Assembly: GCA_902539165.1 (NCBI GenBank)
Contig: CACBHY010000003.1
Location: forward strand, 70,657-134,656
Direction of reading: 5' to 3'
From: an uncultured Pelagibacteraceae bacterium
GTDB taxonomy: Bacteria > Pseudomonadota > Alphaproteobacteria > Pelagibacterales > Pelagibacteraceae
DNA: 64,000 nucleotides
Part shown: positions 36,455 through 45,802 of the stretch, one piece after another
Position numbering within the stretch: position 1 is the first letter of the stretch
How the letters are laid out: each line of letters begins with the position of its first letter
Position numbers and translations under genes: made by a program
Notes under the pieces: generated by a model
What the model saw: only the letters and a program-made list of their open reading frames with translations
Told to the model about the DNA's origin: nothing
Databases searched by the model: none

Positions 36455-37319
36455 TTTCTCTCCTTAATTCTGAATATAAATATGGAATAATTACAGCTGC
36501 AACCGCCATAAACATCATCATCGCGCTTGCTGCAGACAATCCAACTTGACTTTTATGAAAAGCGGCTTGCGTCATGAAAAGTGCTGGCATAGTTGTGGAT
36601 ATACCTGGGCCACCCTGAGTAAGGGCAACTATTAGATCATAACTTTTAATAGATATATGAACTAATATTACAAAACTTGTGAAAAATACTGGTCTCATCA
36701 TCGGTAGTAATATTTTCCAATAAACCGTAAATAAACCCGCTCCATCAATTTTTGCAGCTTTAATAATTTCGTCCTCAACAGATCTTAAGCCAGCTAAAAA
36801 TAAAGCCATAACAAAACCAGCTGATTGCCATACACCTGCTATAACGATTGTATAAATGGCCATTTCTCTGTTAACCAGCCAATCAAAAGTAAAATTTTCA
36901 AAACCCCAATCTATAAACATTTTTTGAATTCCAAGAGTTGGGTTTAAAATCCATTTCCAAGCAGTGCCTGTTACAATAAATGATAGGGCCATTGGGTATA
37001 GATAGATTGTTCTTAAAACCCCTTCTGCTCTAATTTTTTGATCTAGAAAGATTGCTAAGATTATTCCAATAACGATACAAAAAATTAAAAATAACGCTGT
37101 AAAGACTAATAAATTATCTACTGAAATTAGCCATTTTCTTGATGCCCATAACTTTTCATATTGTCCAAATCCCCATAATTCATATTTGGGTAATATCTTA
37201 GAATTTGTAAAAGATATATATAACGTCCATAGTACAAAACCATAAACAAACCAGCCGATTAATCCAACTGCTGGGGCCATTACAATTTTAGGTAAATTTT
37301 TTTCTAGCCACTTAAACAT
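36444..37319 (-). CDS. Carbohydrate ABC transporter permease
   Basis: It has the EAA loop (KAAKIDGAGLFTVYWKILLP). I place the start at ATG 37319 (MFKWLEKN...), because the track's 37355 start would sit inside the terminator hairpin. Confidence 0.9.
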   Translation of the reverse strand: MFKWLEKNLPKIVMAPAVGLIGWFVYGFVLWTLYISFTNSKILPKYELWGFGQYEKLWASRKWLISVDNLLVFTALFLIFCIVIGIILAIFLDQKIRAEGVLRTIYLYPMALSFIVTGTAWKWILNPTLGIQKMFIDWGFENFTFDWLVNREMAIYTIVIAGVWQSAGFVMALFLAGLRSVEDEIIKAAKIDGAGLFTVYWKILLPMMRPVFFTSFVILVHISIKSYDLIVALTQGGPGISTTMPALFMTQAAFHKSQVGLSAASAMMMFMAVAAVIIPYLYSELRRENAR

Positions 37320-37340
37320 TAAAATTTTAATAAATTTGAT

Positions 37341-37374
37341 TAAAAAAAAGGCCACTTAATTCTAAGTGGCCTTT
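37341..37374 (-). terminator. Intra-operon rho-independent terminator/attenuator after the SBP gene
   Basis: On the minus strand, AGGCCACTTA-GAAT-TAAGTGGCCT forms a 10-bp stem followed by T8. It lies between the SBP stop (37387) and the permease start (37319). Confidence 0.8.
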
Positions 37375-37386
37375 AATATTTATGAA

Positions 37387-38643
37387 CTACATATTTGCTA
37401 AAACTGAATCAGCTAAAGCATTAGCAGCATCTACTGAAGACATATCAGAATTAAAATGTTCTGTGATTATGTCTTGAAGAGCAGCTTTCATAGTATTACC
37501 TTGAGCCATACCATGCGCAAAACTTGGAACTAGTCCACCCTTTGCACCTGCAGTTTTAATATCTGCATTAGATGTTTTTGCACACTTATCAAATTCATCC
37601 ATTGATACGTCTAGACGAGCTGGTATTGAACCTTTGTATAGATTAAAAACTTTTTGGAAGTTTTTACCCATCATTAGTTTAGCTAATAATTTTTGACCAG
37701 CTTGTTTATCTGGATCGCTTGACTTATAGAAAATGAAACTATCTACGTTGTACAAGTAACCATTATTTGATGGAGTTGCAGCGCAGTAATAATCTACACC
37801 AGGAACTTTTCCTGCAGCAGTAAACTCTCCTTTAGCCCAGTCACCCATAATTTGGAAACCCGCTTTACCTTCAATAACCATACCAGTAGCAACGTTCCAG
37901 TCTCTTCCTGGGCTACCTTCATCAGTGTAACTTTGAAGTTTTCTCATTTGATCAAAAACTTTAACTGTAGTCTCACTTCTTAGGCAAGTTTCTTTTAAAT
38001 CTACGTAGCAATTTTTATAATAATTATTACCACCTAAACCCATAGCGACTGCCTCAAAGACCGTTGCATCTTGCCAAGCTTGGCCACCATGTGCAAAAGG
38101 AATTATTCCAGCAGCTTTTAGTGTTTCAGCAGCAGCATTTAATTCATCCCACGTAGTTGGAACAGAAATTCCGTTTGCATCAAATACAGTTTTATTTGCC
38201 CACATCCAATCTATTCTATGAATGTTAACTGGAGCTGCGCAATAAGGTCCACTGTTATTTTCACATTTGTGAATTGCTGCAATCATTGGATCTAGTAAAT
38301 TATCCCAACCTTCTGATTGTGCTATAGAGTCTATGTTGTATGGAGCTACTACACCTTCTTGGTCGTATTCTTGAATAGTTGGACCTTTAATTTGAGACGC
38401 AGATGGAGGATCTCCAGCTACAATTCTAGCCTTTAATGCAACGTTAGCGGCATCTCCACCACCTCCTGTTACAGGCATATCCAGCCATTCACCACCATTG
38501 GCAGCAAAATCGTCTTTTAATACTTTTAAAGCAGCAGCTTCTCCACCTGAAGTCCACCAGTGCAATACCTCAATTTTAGGTCCTGCATAAGATGAAGTAG
38601 ATGTAAATGCTAATGTTATCAAAGCAATTATTAATTTTCTCAT
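37387..38643 (-). CDS. Sugar ABC transporter substrate-binding protein
   Basis: 418 aa with a signal peptide (MRKLIIALITLAFTSTSSYA). It has family-1 SBP features and a visibly less AT-biased codon choice than its neighbours. Confidence 0.9.
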   Translation of the reverse strand: MRKLIIALITLAFTSTSSYAGPKIEVLHWWTSGGEAAALKVLKDDFAANGGEWLDMPVTGGGGDAANVALKARIVAGDPPSASQIKGPTIQEYDQEGVVAPYNIDSIAQSEGWDNLLDPMIAAIHKCENNSGPYCAAPVNIHRIDWMWANKTVFDANGISVPTTWDELNAAAETLKAAGIIPFAHGGQAWQDATVFEAVAMGLGGNNYYKNCYVDLKETCLRSETTVKVFDQMRKLQSYTDEGSPGRDWNVATGMVIEGKAGFQIMGDWAKGEFTAAGKVPGVDYYCAATPSNNGYLYNVDSFIFYKSSDPDKQAGQKLLAKLMMGKNFQKVFNLYKGSIPARLDVSMDEFDKCAKTSNADIKTAGAKGGLVPSFAHGMAQGNTMKAALQDIITEHFNSDMSSVDAANALADSVLANM

Positions 38644-38827
38644 ATCTTCCCTTTTTGTTATTTAACTTTTTTTATATAAAAAACGACTATAGGTAGAATA
38701 AGTAGACAATGTAAATTAAAAAAAATTTATACACCTTGAAGTTGAAAATTTGTTTTACAAAATAATTCGTTTTTTATTTAATAAAAAAAAATGATTTAAA
38801 CAAAAATTTCAATTACAGATTGTAACT

Positions 38828-39730
38828 TTAATATGCAGTGTTTCTGCCTAATCTTGCAGCACCCCTTACACCACTTGCATCACCATATTTAGGTTTTAAA
38901 AAAACTCCCTCATATTCTCTGCCGATTACAAATTTTCTTACAAGGGCATCTATTTCATTTAAAAAATCTATTTCATTAGAAACACCTCCTCCAAATACAA
39001 AAGCATCTGGGTCCAAAATATTAATTATACTTGAGAGAGACATTGCTAAATTAACTTTAAAATCATCAATAAATCTTTCAGCATCAAGATCATGTTTTCT
39101 ATTTAATTCGAAAATTTCATTAGCTTTTAAATTTTTTCCATAAATTTTATTAAATCTTTTTGCTAAACCAAGACCTGAAATAAAACTTTCAATTTCAGCC
39201 TCTCTTGCATTACTTGAGTCAAAATTTTCTTTTTTTGCTGCAAAGTATGGAATTTGATTATGTCCCCATTCTCCTGCTACACCATTTGGACCTGTAACAA
39301 CTTTCTTATCAATTACAAGACCACCACCAGCACCTGATCCTAAAATTATACCATAAACAATTTTATAATGTTTTCCAGACCCATCAATAGCTTCAGATAA
39401 AGCAAAACAATTAGCATCATTCTCACAAAAAACTTCTTTACCTAAAGCTTTACGTAAATCATTTTGAAATGGTTTTTTTTCTAACCAATAACAATTTGGA
39501 GCATTTTTAACTAAACCGGTTTGTGGTGAATGAATTCCAGGATGACATACCCCAATTGGAAGTTCTTGATTAAATTCTTTCTCTAATTTTTGATGAATTT
39601 CTTTTATAGCAATTATAATTTTTAAGTAATCTTTCGGACAATCAATTCTAGATCTATGTTTTTCCTCACCATTTTTTTCAAGAATAACACTTTCAATTTT
39701 AGTTGCACCTACATCAATTCCAATTTGCAT
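38828..39730 (-). CDS. ROK-family sugar kinase (NagK/Mak-like) lacking the zinc-Cys motif
   Basis: 300 aa. IGIDVGATKI, ENDANCFALSEA, ILGSGAGGG, GEWGH and FGGGVS are collinear with E. coli NagK. There are no cysteines after the GEWGH motif. Confidence 0.85.
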   Translation of the reverse strand: MQIGIDVGATKIESVILEKNGEEKHRSRIDCPKDYLKIIIAIKEIHQKLEKEFNQELPIGVCHPGIHSPQTGLVKNAPNCYWLEKKPFQNDLRKALGKEVFCENDANCFALSEAIDGSGKHYKIVYGIILGSGAGGGLVIDKKVVTGPNGVAGEWGHNQIPYFAAKKENFDSSNAREAEIESFISGLGLAKRFNKIYGKNLKANEIFELNRKHDLDAERFIDDFKVNLAMSLSSIINILDPDAFVFGGGVSNEIDFLNEIDALVRKFVIGREYEGVFLKPKYGDASGVRGAARLGRNTAY

Positions 39731-39732
39731 AA

Positions 39733-40482
39733 TTAATAAGTTGCTCTTCCACCACTTAAGTCAAAAACTGCAGCAGTTGAAAATGAATTTTCTTCACTTG
39801 AAAGCCAAGTAACTAAAGATGCAAGTTCCTCAACTTTTGCAAATTTGTTTCTTGGTATTTTGGAAAGCATATAATTTATATGTTCTTCTGTCATTTGATC
39901 AAAGATTCTAGTTTTTGCTGCAGCAGGGGTAACACAATTTACTGCAATATTATCTTGGGCAAGCTCTTTACCTAATGACTTAGTAAGTCCTATTACACCT
40001 GCTTTTGATGTGCTATAGGCACTAGCATTTGGGTTTCCTTCCTTTCCAGCAATAGATGCTATATTTACAATTCGCCCATAATTATTTTTTTTCATCATAG
40101 GGACTACAGCTTTGCAACAATAAAATACTGAATTAAGATTTAGATTAATCACCTTATTCCACTCCTCTATTGGATAATCGGCAACAGTCGTATTCATTCC
40201 AGCTAACCCAGCGTTATTAATAAAAATATCAATTTTTCCATGTAAACTCTCAACATTTTCTAATTGCTGCTTAATTTTCTCAAAGTTACTTACATCAATA
40301 ATTTGGTATGTTAAATTTTCTGACTTTACTTTATCTAAAGCTTTTTTCGCTTCATCTTCATCTATATCCCAAATTATAACTTTTGCGCCTGATTGAATAA
40401 ATCTTTCTGTAATAGCTAAACCAAAACCTTGAGCACCCCCTGTTACTATTGCAACTCTGTTATTTAGATCAAATTCAATCAT
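39733..40482 (-). CDS. SDR-family oxidoreductase (FabG-like)
   Basis: 249 aa with TGGAQGFG, NNAG and YSTSK. Its start shares position 40482 with the tctA stop codon (TAATG on the minus strand). Confidence 0.9.
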   Translation of the reverse strand: MIEFDLNNRVAIVTGGAQGFGLAITERFIQSGAKVIIWDIDEDEAKKALDKVKSENLTYQIIDVSNFEKIKQQLENVESLHGKIDIFINNAGLAGMNTTVADYPIEEWNKVINLNLNSVFYCCKAVVPMMKKNNYGRIVNIASIAGKEGNPNASAYSTSKAGVIGLTKSLGKELAQDNIAVNCVTPAAAKTRIFDQMTEEHINYMLSKIPRNKFAKVEELASLVTWLSSEENSFSTAAVFDLSGGRATY

Positions 40483-41957
40483 TATAATTTCTTATCTTTT
40501 TTCGATCTTATTAAAGGAAAAGCTAAAGCAATTAAAGATAAAATAAAAAATGTTAAGGCTATTGGTCTAGTTAAAAACATGAGCCAATTTCCATCAAATA
40601 TAACAAGCGATTGTCTCAAAGTTCCTTCTACCAATTCGCCTAAAATTAATCCTATGATTACTGGCACAACCGAAAAGCCGTATCTTCTCATAAAAAATCC
40701 AAGCACTCCAAAAAATAACATTATCCAAACATCTATTATTGATTGACTCAATGAATAAGTTCCACATACTGAAACTGCAAAAATCATTGGCCATAATATT
40801 TTGTTCGGAACCAAAGTTATTCTTGCAAAAATTTTAGCTCCAAAGAAACCAAATATAAAAAATAAAATATTTGCAATAAGCATGGCACCAAAAATTCCGT
40901 ACAGAAATTCTGGCTGTTCTCTAAATAGGTCTGGACCTGGTCTTACACCATGTATAATTAAACCAGTTAATATAACTGCAGTCGTTGCACTTCCAGGAAT
41001 ACCTAAAGCTAAAGTTGGAACCATTGCACCACCTGTTGCAGCGTTATTTGCTGCCTCAGCACCTGCAATTCCCTCGATGGAACCCTTTCCAAATTCCTCT
41101 GGATTTTTTGAAAATCTTTTTGCTTCTGAATAACCTATTAGAGAAGCTACTGTACCACCTTCTGCAGGTAAAACTCCAATAAATGATCCAATTCCACTTG
41201 ATCTTAGAATTGTTTTCCATGTTTTTTTATAGTCATCTTTGCTTGGAAGTTTGACTGCTTTCAAAGCAACTCTCTTAAAAACTTGGTCTAATAGTGTAGA
41301 TTGAGTTAACATTTCACTTATCGCAAATAGACCTACAACAACTGGAATAAATCCTATTCCTACTGAAAGTTCATTAATACCGTAAGTAAATCTATCAATA
41401 GAAGTCATAAAATCTTTTCCAATCGTAGAAATCAGAATTCCGAATGCTCCAGCTATTAAGTTTTTAATTGGGCTCCCTTCTCCTATTGAAGCAAGCATAG
41501 TTAAACCAAATATCGCTAAAGCAAAATATTCTGGTTGACCAAATTCGTAAGCAAGATTTGCCAATATAGGCGCAAAAAATACAAGTATAATAACACTAAA
41601 AATTCCACCAACAGTGCTTGATACTGTTGCCATCCCTAATGCTCTACCTGCTTCGCCTTTTTGTGCTAATGGATATCCATCTAAACAAGTTGCAGCTGCA
41701 GCTGGAGTTCCTGGTGTATTGATTAAGACTGCAGTTATTGCTCCCCCGTAAGTTCCAGCACAGTATATTGAAGTTAATAAAACAACTGCAGATAAAGGAT
41801 CTAATGTCATCGTGAATGGTAAAATTAAAGCTCCCCCTGTTGTGGGTCCAAGACCTGGCAAGACACCTAAAATCAAACCAAATAAAGTTCCAAATAGTAA
41901 AACTAATAAAAGCTTTGAACTAAACATTGGGGCCATCATTAACAATAAGTTATCCAT
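40482..41957 (-). CDS. tctA: Tripartite tricarboxylate transporter large permease TctA
   Basis: 491 aa with about 12 TM spans and TctA-type glycine-rich blocks (LPGLGPT, LGIPGSATTAV). Confidence 0.92.
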   Translation of the reverse strand: MDNLLLMMAPMFSSKLLLVLLFGTLFGLILGVLPGLGPTTGGALILPFTMTLDPLSAVVLLTSIYCAGTYGGAITAVLINTPGTPAAAATCLDGYPLAQKGEAGRALGMATVSSTVGGIFSVIILVFFAPILANLAYEFGQPEYFALAIFGLTMLASIGEGSPIKNLIAGAFGILISTIGKDFMTSIDRFTYGINELSVGIGFIPVVVGLFAISEMLTQSTLLDQVFKRVALKAVKLPSKDDYKKTWKTILRSSGIGSFIGVLPAEGGTVASLIGYSEAKRFSKNPEEFGKGSIEGIAGAEAANNAATGGAMVPTLALGIPGSATTAVILTGLIIHGVRPGPDLFREQPEFLYGIFGAMLIANILFFIFGFFGAKIFARITLVPNKILWPMIFAVSVCGTYSLSQSIIDVWIMLFFGVLGFFMRRYGFSVVPVIIGLILGELVEGTLRQSLVIFDGNWLMFLTRPIALTFFILSLIALAFPLIRSKKDKKL

Positions 41958-41958
41958 T

Positions 41959-42465
41959 TTAATAATAATAAAGGTTTGTAATTATACCTGGCGGAAATCT
42001 AAGACCCAAAATCATTTCAAAAAATACAAAAACAACAAATGGAAAAATTATACTAACTAATAATAAGTAGAATATTCTTCTTTCTCCCCAGTTATAAGAG
42101 ACAAAAACTGATAAAACAGCGATGGCTAAAAAGAAATCTAATGTTTTTGAAATTATAATAAAAATTATAAAACTTAATATTGTTAAAAAAAAAGTTTTGG
42201 GTAACTTTTTTTCTTTTTTCCATGGGTTTTTAAAAGATAAAAAATATATAAATGAAGTTAGGATGATTATTAAAACTAATAAACCTTTTGGAAATGTTGC
42301 TGGTTGAATTCCTCTATTTAAAATTGGAGGTACTTTATCAAATGAAAAAGTGGATATTAATAAAAATATTGAAACTAAAATTATTATAAAAAAAACTTTA
42401 AACTCATCTCTAAAAAAAAAGGGCAAACTTTTGTTTGCCCTTTTTTTATCTTGTACATTTTTCAT
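41959..42465 (-). CDS. tctB: Tripartite tricarboxylate transporter small subunit TctB
   Basis: 168 aa with 4 TM spans, sitting between tctC and tctA. Confidence 0.7.
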   Translation of the reverse strand: MKNVQDKKRANKSLPFFFRDEFKVFFIIILVSIFLLISTFSFDKVPPILNRGIQPATFPKGLLVLIIILTSFIYFLSFKNPWKKEKKLPKTFFLTILSFIIFIIISKTLDFFLAIAVLSVFVSYNWGERRIFYLLLVSIIFPFVVFVFFEMILGLRFPPGIITNLYYY

Positions 42466-42489
42466 ATCAAGAAATGTACTTTCTTGAAA

Positions 42490-43464
42490 TTAATTAATGT
42501 AACCTAAAGCTTTAAGTTGAGCAGTCATTTCTGCAAGCATAACTTCCATTTGCTTGCCCCACTCATCAGCTCCAACAACACTAGTTGAGTCAAGACCAAT
42601 GTCCGTTAAAAAACTTTGGAAATACTTATGTTCCATAGCTTTTATCATTGCATCCTCTAATTGTTTTTTTCTTTCAGCAGGTACTCCTTTTCTTGTTACA
42701 AAGCCTCTTACTGTTGATAAAACAACTGGAATTCCTAACTCAGTAGCAGTTGGTACATTATTTAGTTTTTCCATTCTATTACTTGCTAATACAACTGATA
42801 CACACAATGTACCATCTTCTATTTCAGTAACAGCCTCACCTAAATTTAAAACACCTACATCAATATCTCCTTTGATAAGGTTAGTTTTAATAGGGCCAAC
42901 ACCTTTATATGGTACGATTGTCGGATCTGTTAGTTTTCCTTTTTTTGTAAATGCAATAGCACTAACATCGTCAATACCACCAACGTGAGTAGTTCCATAT
43001 TTCAATGATTTCGATTTTTGAGCACTAATAAATTTTTTAGCATCTTTGATATCATTTTTACAATTTACAACAAACAATTGAGGATCATCTGTTCCTCTGG
43101 CAAGTGGCTGCATATCACTTAACTTAACTTTAGTTTTTCCTAAAGCCATAGAAACTGCATGTCCAGTAGTCCACGTTAAAGTATGTTGACCATCTGCCGG
43201 TAAAGTCATCATGTAGTCCATAGATGCAGCTCCACCACCACCTTTTTTGTTAACTAATTGCATATCTTGTTTTAGATACCTTCTAGTTCTCAATAACATC
43301 ATTCTGGTAGTTACATCTGTACCCCCACCAAAACCAGCGTGTGTAACTGCTTGAATTGGGTGACCATCTGCTTTTGCAGATGTAATCATTAATGGAAGTG
43401 CAACAACGAAAAATTCAGTCACCAAAACTGCAGCAGCTAAAAATATTTTAAAACTTTTTTTCAT
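42490..43464 (-). CDS. tctC: Tripartite tricarboxylate transporter substrate-binding protein (TctC/Bug family)
   Basis: 324 aa with a signal peptide. It has the Bug-family size and blocks (NKKGGGGAASM, VPYKGVGP). Confidence 0.9.
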   Translation of the reverse strand: MKKSFKIFLAAAVLVTEFFVVALPLMITSAKADGHPIQAVTHAGFGGGTDVTTRMMLLRTRRYLKQDMQLVNKKGGGGAASMDYMMTLPADGQHTLTWTTGHAVSMALGKTKVKLSDMQPLARGTDDPQLFVVNCKNDIKDAKKFISAQKSKSLKYGTTHVGGIDDVSAIAFTKKGKLTDPTIVPYKGVGPIKTNLIKGDIDVGVLNLGEAVTEIEDGTLCVSVVLASNRMEKLNNVPTATELGIPVVLSTVRGFVTRKGVPAERKKQLEDAMIKAMEHKYFQSFLTDIGLDSTSVVGADEWGKQMEVMLAEMTAQLKALGYIN

Positions 43465-43532
43465 TATTTCCCTCTATAGTTAATTTATAATTAATAATTT
43501 AACCATAATCTGATACAAACCGTAAGGAAAAA

Positions 43533-44531
43533 ATGGATCAAAATAAAATCAATATAGCAATCCTTTTAGGGGATCCTTCAGGTATTGGCCCTGAATTAGT
43601 CTCTAAATTGCTATCAGAGGATGTCATAAATAAAGCTAATATAGTTGTAATAGGAGAAAAGAATATTTTAGAAGGTGGAGATAAAATCACAAACTTTTCA
43701 AATGATTTAAAATTAGTAAATGATTTTGATGAAATTAATTTTCAGAATGGAAATAAATTTTTTTTAGATATCACAAAAGGTAAAAATCATGACTACAAAC
43801 TATCCGAATGCTCTAAAGAGGCGGGAGAAAGTGTTTTATCTGCTTTAAATTTAGCTTTGGAATTGGCTCAAGAAAATAAAATTCATGCAATAAATTTTGC
43901 TCCTTTTAATAAAACAAGTTTAAAATTAGGAGGTAATAAATATTCTGACGAATTACATTTAATGGCTAAAAAGCTAAAGATAGATAATTTTTTTTGTGAA
44001 TTTAATGTTATAGACAATTTTTGGACAGCGAGGGTAACTTCTCATATTCCAATAAAAGAAGTTTCACTTCATATTAAAAAAGAAAATATTTTAAAACCAA
44101 TTAAGCTTATCCATGAAGCTATGAAACTAAATGGAATTAAAAATCCAAGAGTAGCAGTACAGGCTTTAAACCCACACGCAGAGTTTGGCACTGAAGAAAA
44201 AGATGAAATTATACCAGCAATAGAAGAAGCAAAAAAAATAGGAATTAACGCTGATGGTCCCCTACCATGTGATACATCTTTTATAACGGCTTATAAAAAT
44301 AAAAATCATGATTGTATTGTAGGAATGTATCATGATGCTCTTCAATCTGGATTAAAAGCATTCGGGTTTGATAGAGGAGTTACTGTTCAGGGAGGTTTGC
44401 CTGTACCAATAACCACACCAGCTCATGGAACGGCTTTTGATATTGCGGGCAAAAATCAAGCAAATTTAGAACCAACTTTGAATTCATTCAAAATTGCACT
44501 AACAATGGCAGAGAATAAAAATAAACAATGA
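43533..44531 (+). CDS. PdxA-family NAD-dependent 4-phospho-hydroxyacid dehydrogenase (PdxA2-like)
   Basis: 332 aa with [17 protein letters not shown] and [16 protein letters not shown], which are PdxA-family hallmarks. The catabolic context argues against a role in PLP synthesis. Confidence 0.85.
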   Translation: MDQNKINIAILLGDPSGIGPELVSKLLSEDVINKANIVVIGEKNILEGGDKITNFSNDLKLVNDFDEINFQNGNKFFLDITKGKNHDYKLSECSKEAGESVLSALNLALELAQENKIHAINFAPFNKTSLKLGGNKYSDELHLMAKKLKIDNFFCEFNVIDNFWTARVTSHIPIKEVSLHIKKENILKPIKLIHEAMKLNGIKNPRVAVQALNPHAEFGTEEKDEIIPAIEEAKKIGINADGPLPCDTSFITAYKNKNHDCIVGMYHDALQSGLKAFGFDRGVTVQGGLPVPITTPAHGTAFDIAGKNQANLEPTLNSFKIALTMAENKNKQ

Positions 44532-45703
44532 CTAAAATAAAAGAGATTAGAACTAAGGTTTACCAGTGGAATGGAAGAACTGTTCCTCCTCAAAATAATT
44601 TTTGTACTAATGCCTCTGATCTTTTGTATGAAAAATCTGATGCTATGGGGTCATTTAGGTTTCATGAATGGTTGATCTGTGAGGTTGAGACAGATGATGG
44701 TGTAATTGGAATTGGAAATGCTGCTCTAGCCCCTCAGATTGCAAAAAAAACTATCGATACATACCTAAAACCATTGGTAATTGGAGAAGACCCATTTGAT
44801 TATGCTTATATTTGGGAAAAAATGTACAGAAGAACTCATGCTTGGGGTCGAAGAGGAATTGGTATGGTCGCTATTTCAGCAATTGATATCGCTCTCTGGG
44901 ATATAATGGGCAAAATCACCAAGAAGCCAGTTTTCAAACTTCTTGGCGGAAGGACTAAAGAAAAAATACCTGTTTACGCTTCAAAACTTTACAGTCAGCC
45001 AATTAAAGATCTTCAAAAGGAAGCTGAAAATTACGTAAAACAAGGTTTTAAAATGTTTAAAATGAGATTTGGTTGGGGTCCCAAAGATGGTCCTGAGGGA
45101 ATGAAAAAAAATATTGAACTTGCGGAAGCTGTAAGAGAGGTAATTGGTGAAGATACAGATTTAATGATGGAATGTTATATGGGTTGGAATTTGGATTATG
45201 CGAAAAGAATGATTCCTAAATTAATAAAATTTAATCCAAGATGGTTAGAGGAGCCAGTTATTGCAGATGATATCAATGGATATGCTGAGTTAAACAATAT
45301 GAATATGATACCTATTTCAGGTGGTGAACATGAGTTTAATATGTTTGGATTTAAACAACTATTAGATTTAAAAGCAGTAAGCTACATTCAATATGATAAT
45401 AATAGAGTTGGTGGATTTACAGCTGCTCAAAAAATTAATGCGATTGCAGAAGCCCATCAAGTTCCTGTAATTCCTCACGCAGGACAAATGCATAATTATC
45501 ATTTAACAATGTCAAATTTTAACTGTCCGATATCAGAATTTTTTCCAGTTCATGATGTTGAAATTGGAAATGAACTTTTTTATTATATTTTTGAGGGAGA
45601 TCCATCACCAAAAAATGGATTTGTAAATTTGAGTGACGATATACCAGGATTAGGCTTAAAAATTAATGAAAAATATAAATCTGATTTTAATATAATTGAA
45701 TGA
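44528..45703 (+). CDS. Enolase-superfamily (mandelate racemase/MLE) acid-sugar dehydratase, rhamnonate-dehydratase-like
   Basis: 391 aa. [35 protein letters not shown] and VIPHAG...SEFF are collinear with E. coli RhmD as I recall it. It overlaps the PdxA-family gene by 4 nt. Confidence 0.8.
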   Translation: MTKIKEIRTKVYQWNGRTVPPQNNFCTNASDLLYEKSDAMGSFRFHEWLICEVETDDGVIGIGNAALAPQIAKKTIDTYLKPLVIGEDPFDYAYIWEKMYRRTHAWGRRGIGMVAISAIDIALWDIMGKITKKPVFKLLGGRTKEKIPVYASKLYSQPIKDLQKEAENYVKQGFKMFKMRFGWGPKDGPEGMKKNIELAEAVREVIGEDTDLMMECYMGWNLDYAKRMIPKLIKFNPRWLEEPVIADDINGYAELNNMNMIPISGGEHEFNMFGFKQLLDLKAVSYIQYDNNRVGGFTAAQKINAIAEAHQVPVIPHAGQMHNYHLTMSNFNCPISEFFPVHDVEIGNELFYYIFEGDPSPKNGFVNLSDDIPGLGLKINEKYKSDFNIIE

Positions 45704-45802
45704 TCTATAGGTAAATTTAATTTTTTAAATTAAGTTTAACTTTTATTGATTAATATTTTTCTATATAAAAAAATATTATAAAAAAGGAACTAAAGACAAT
45801 AT

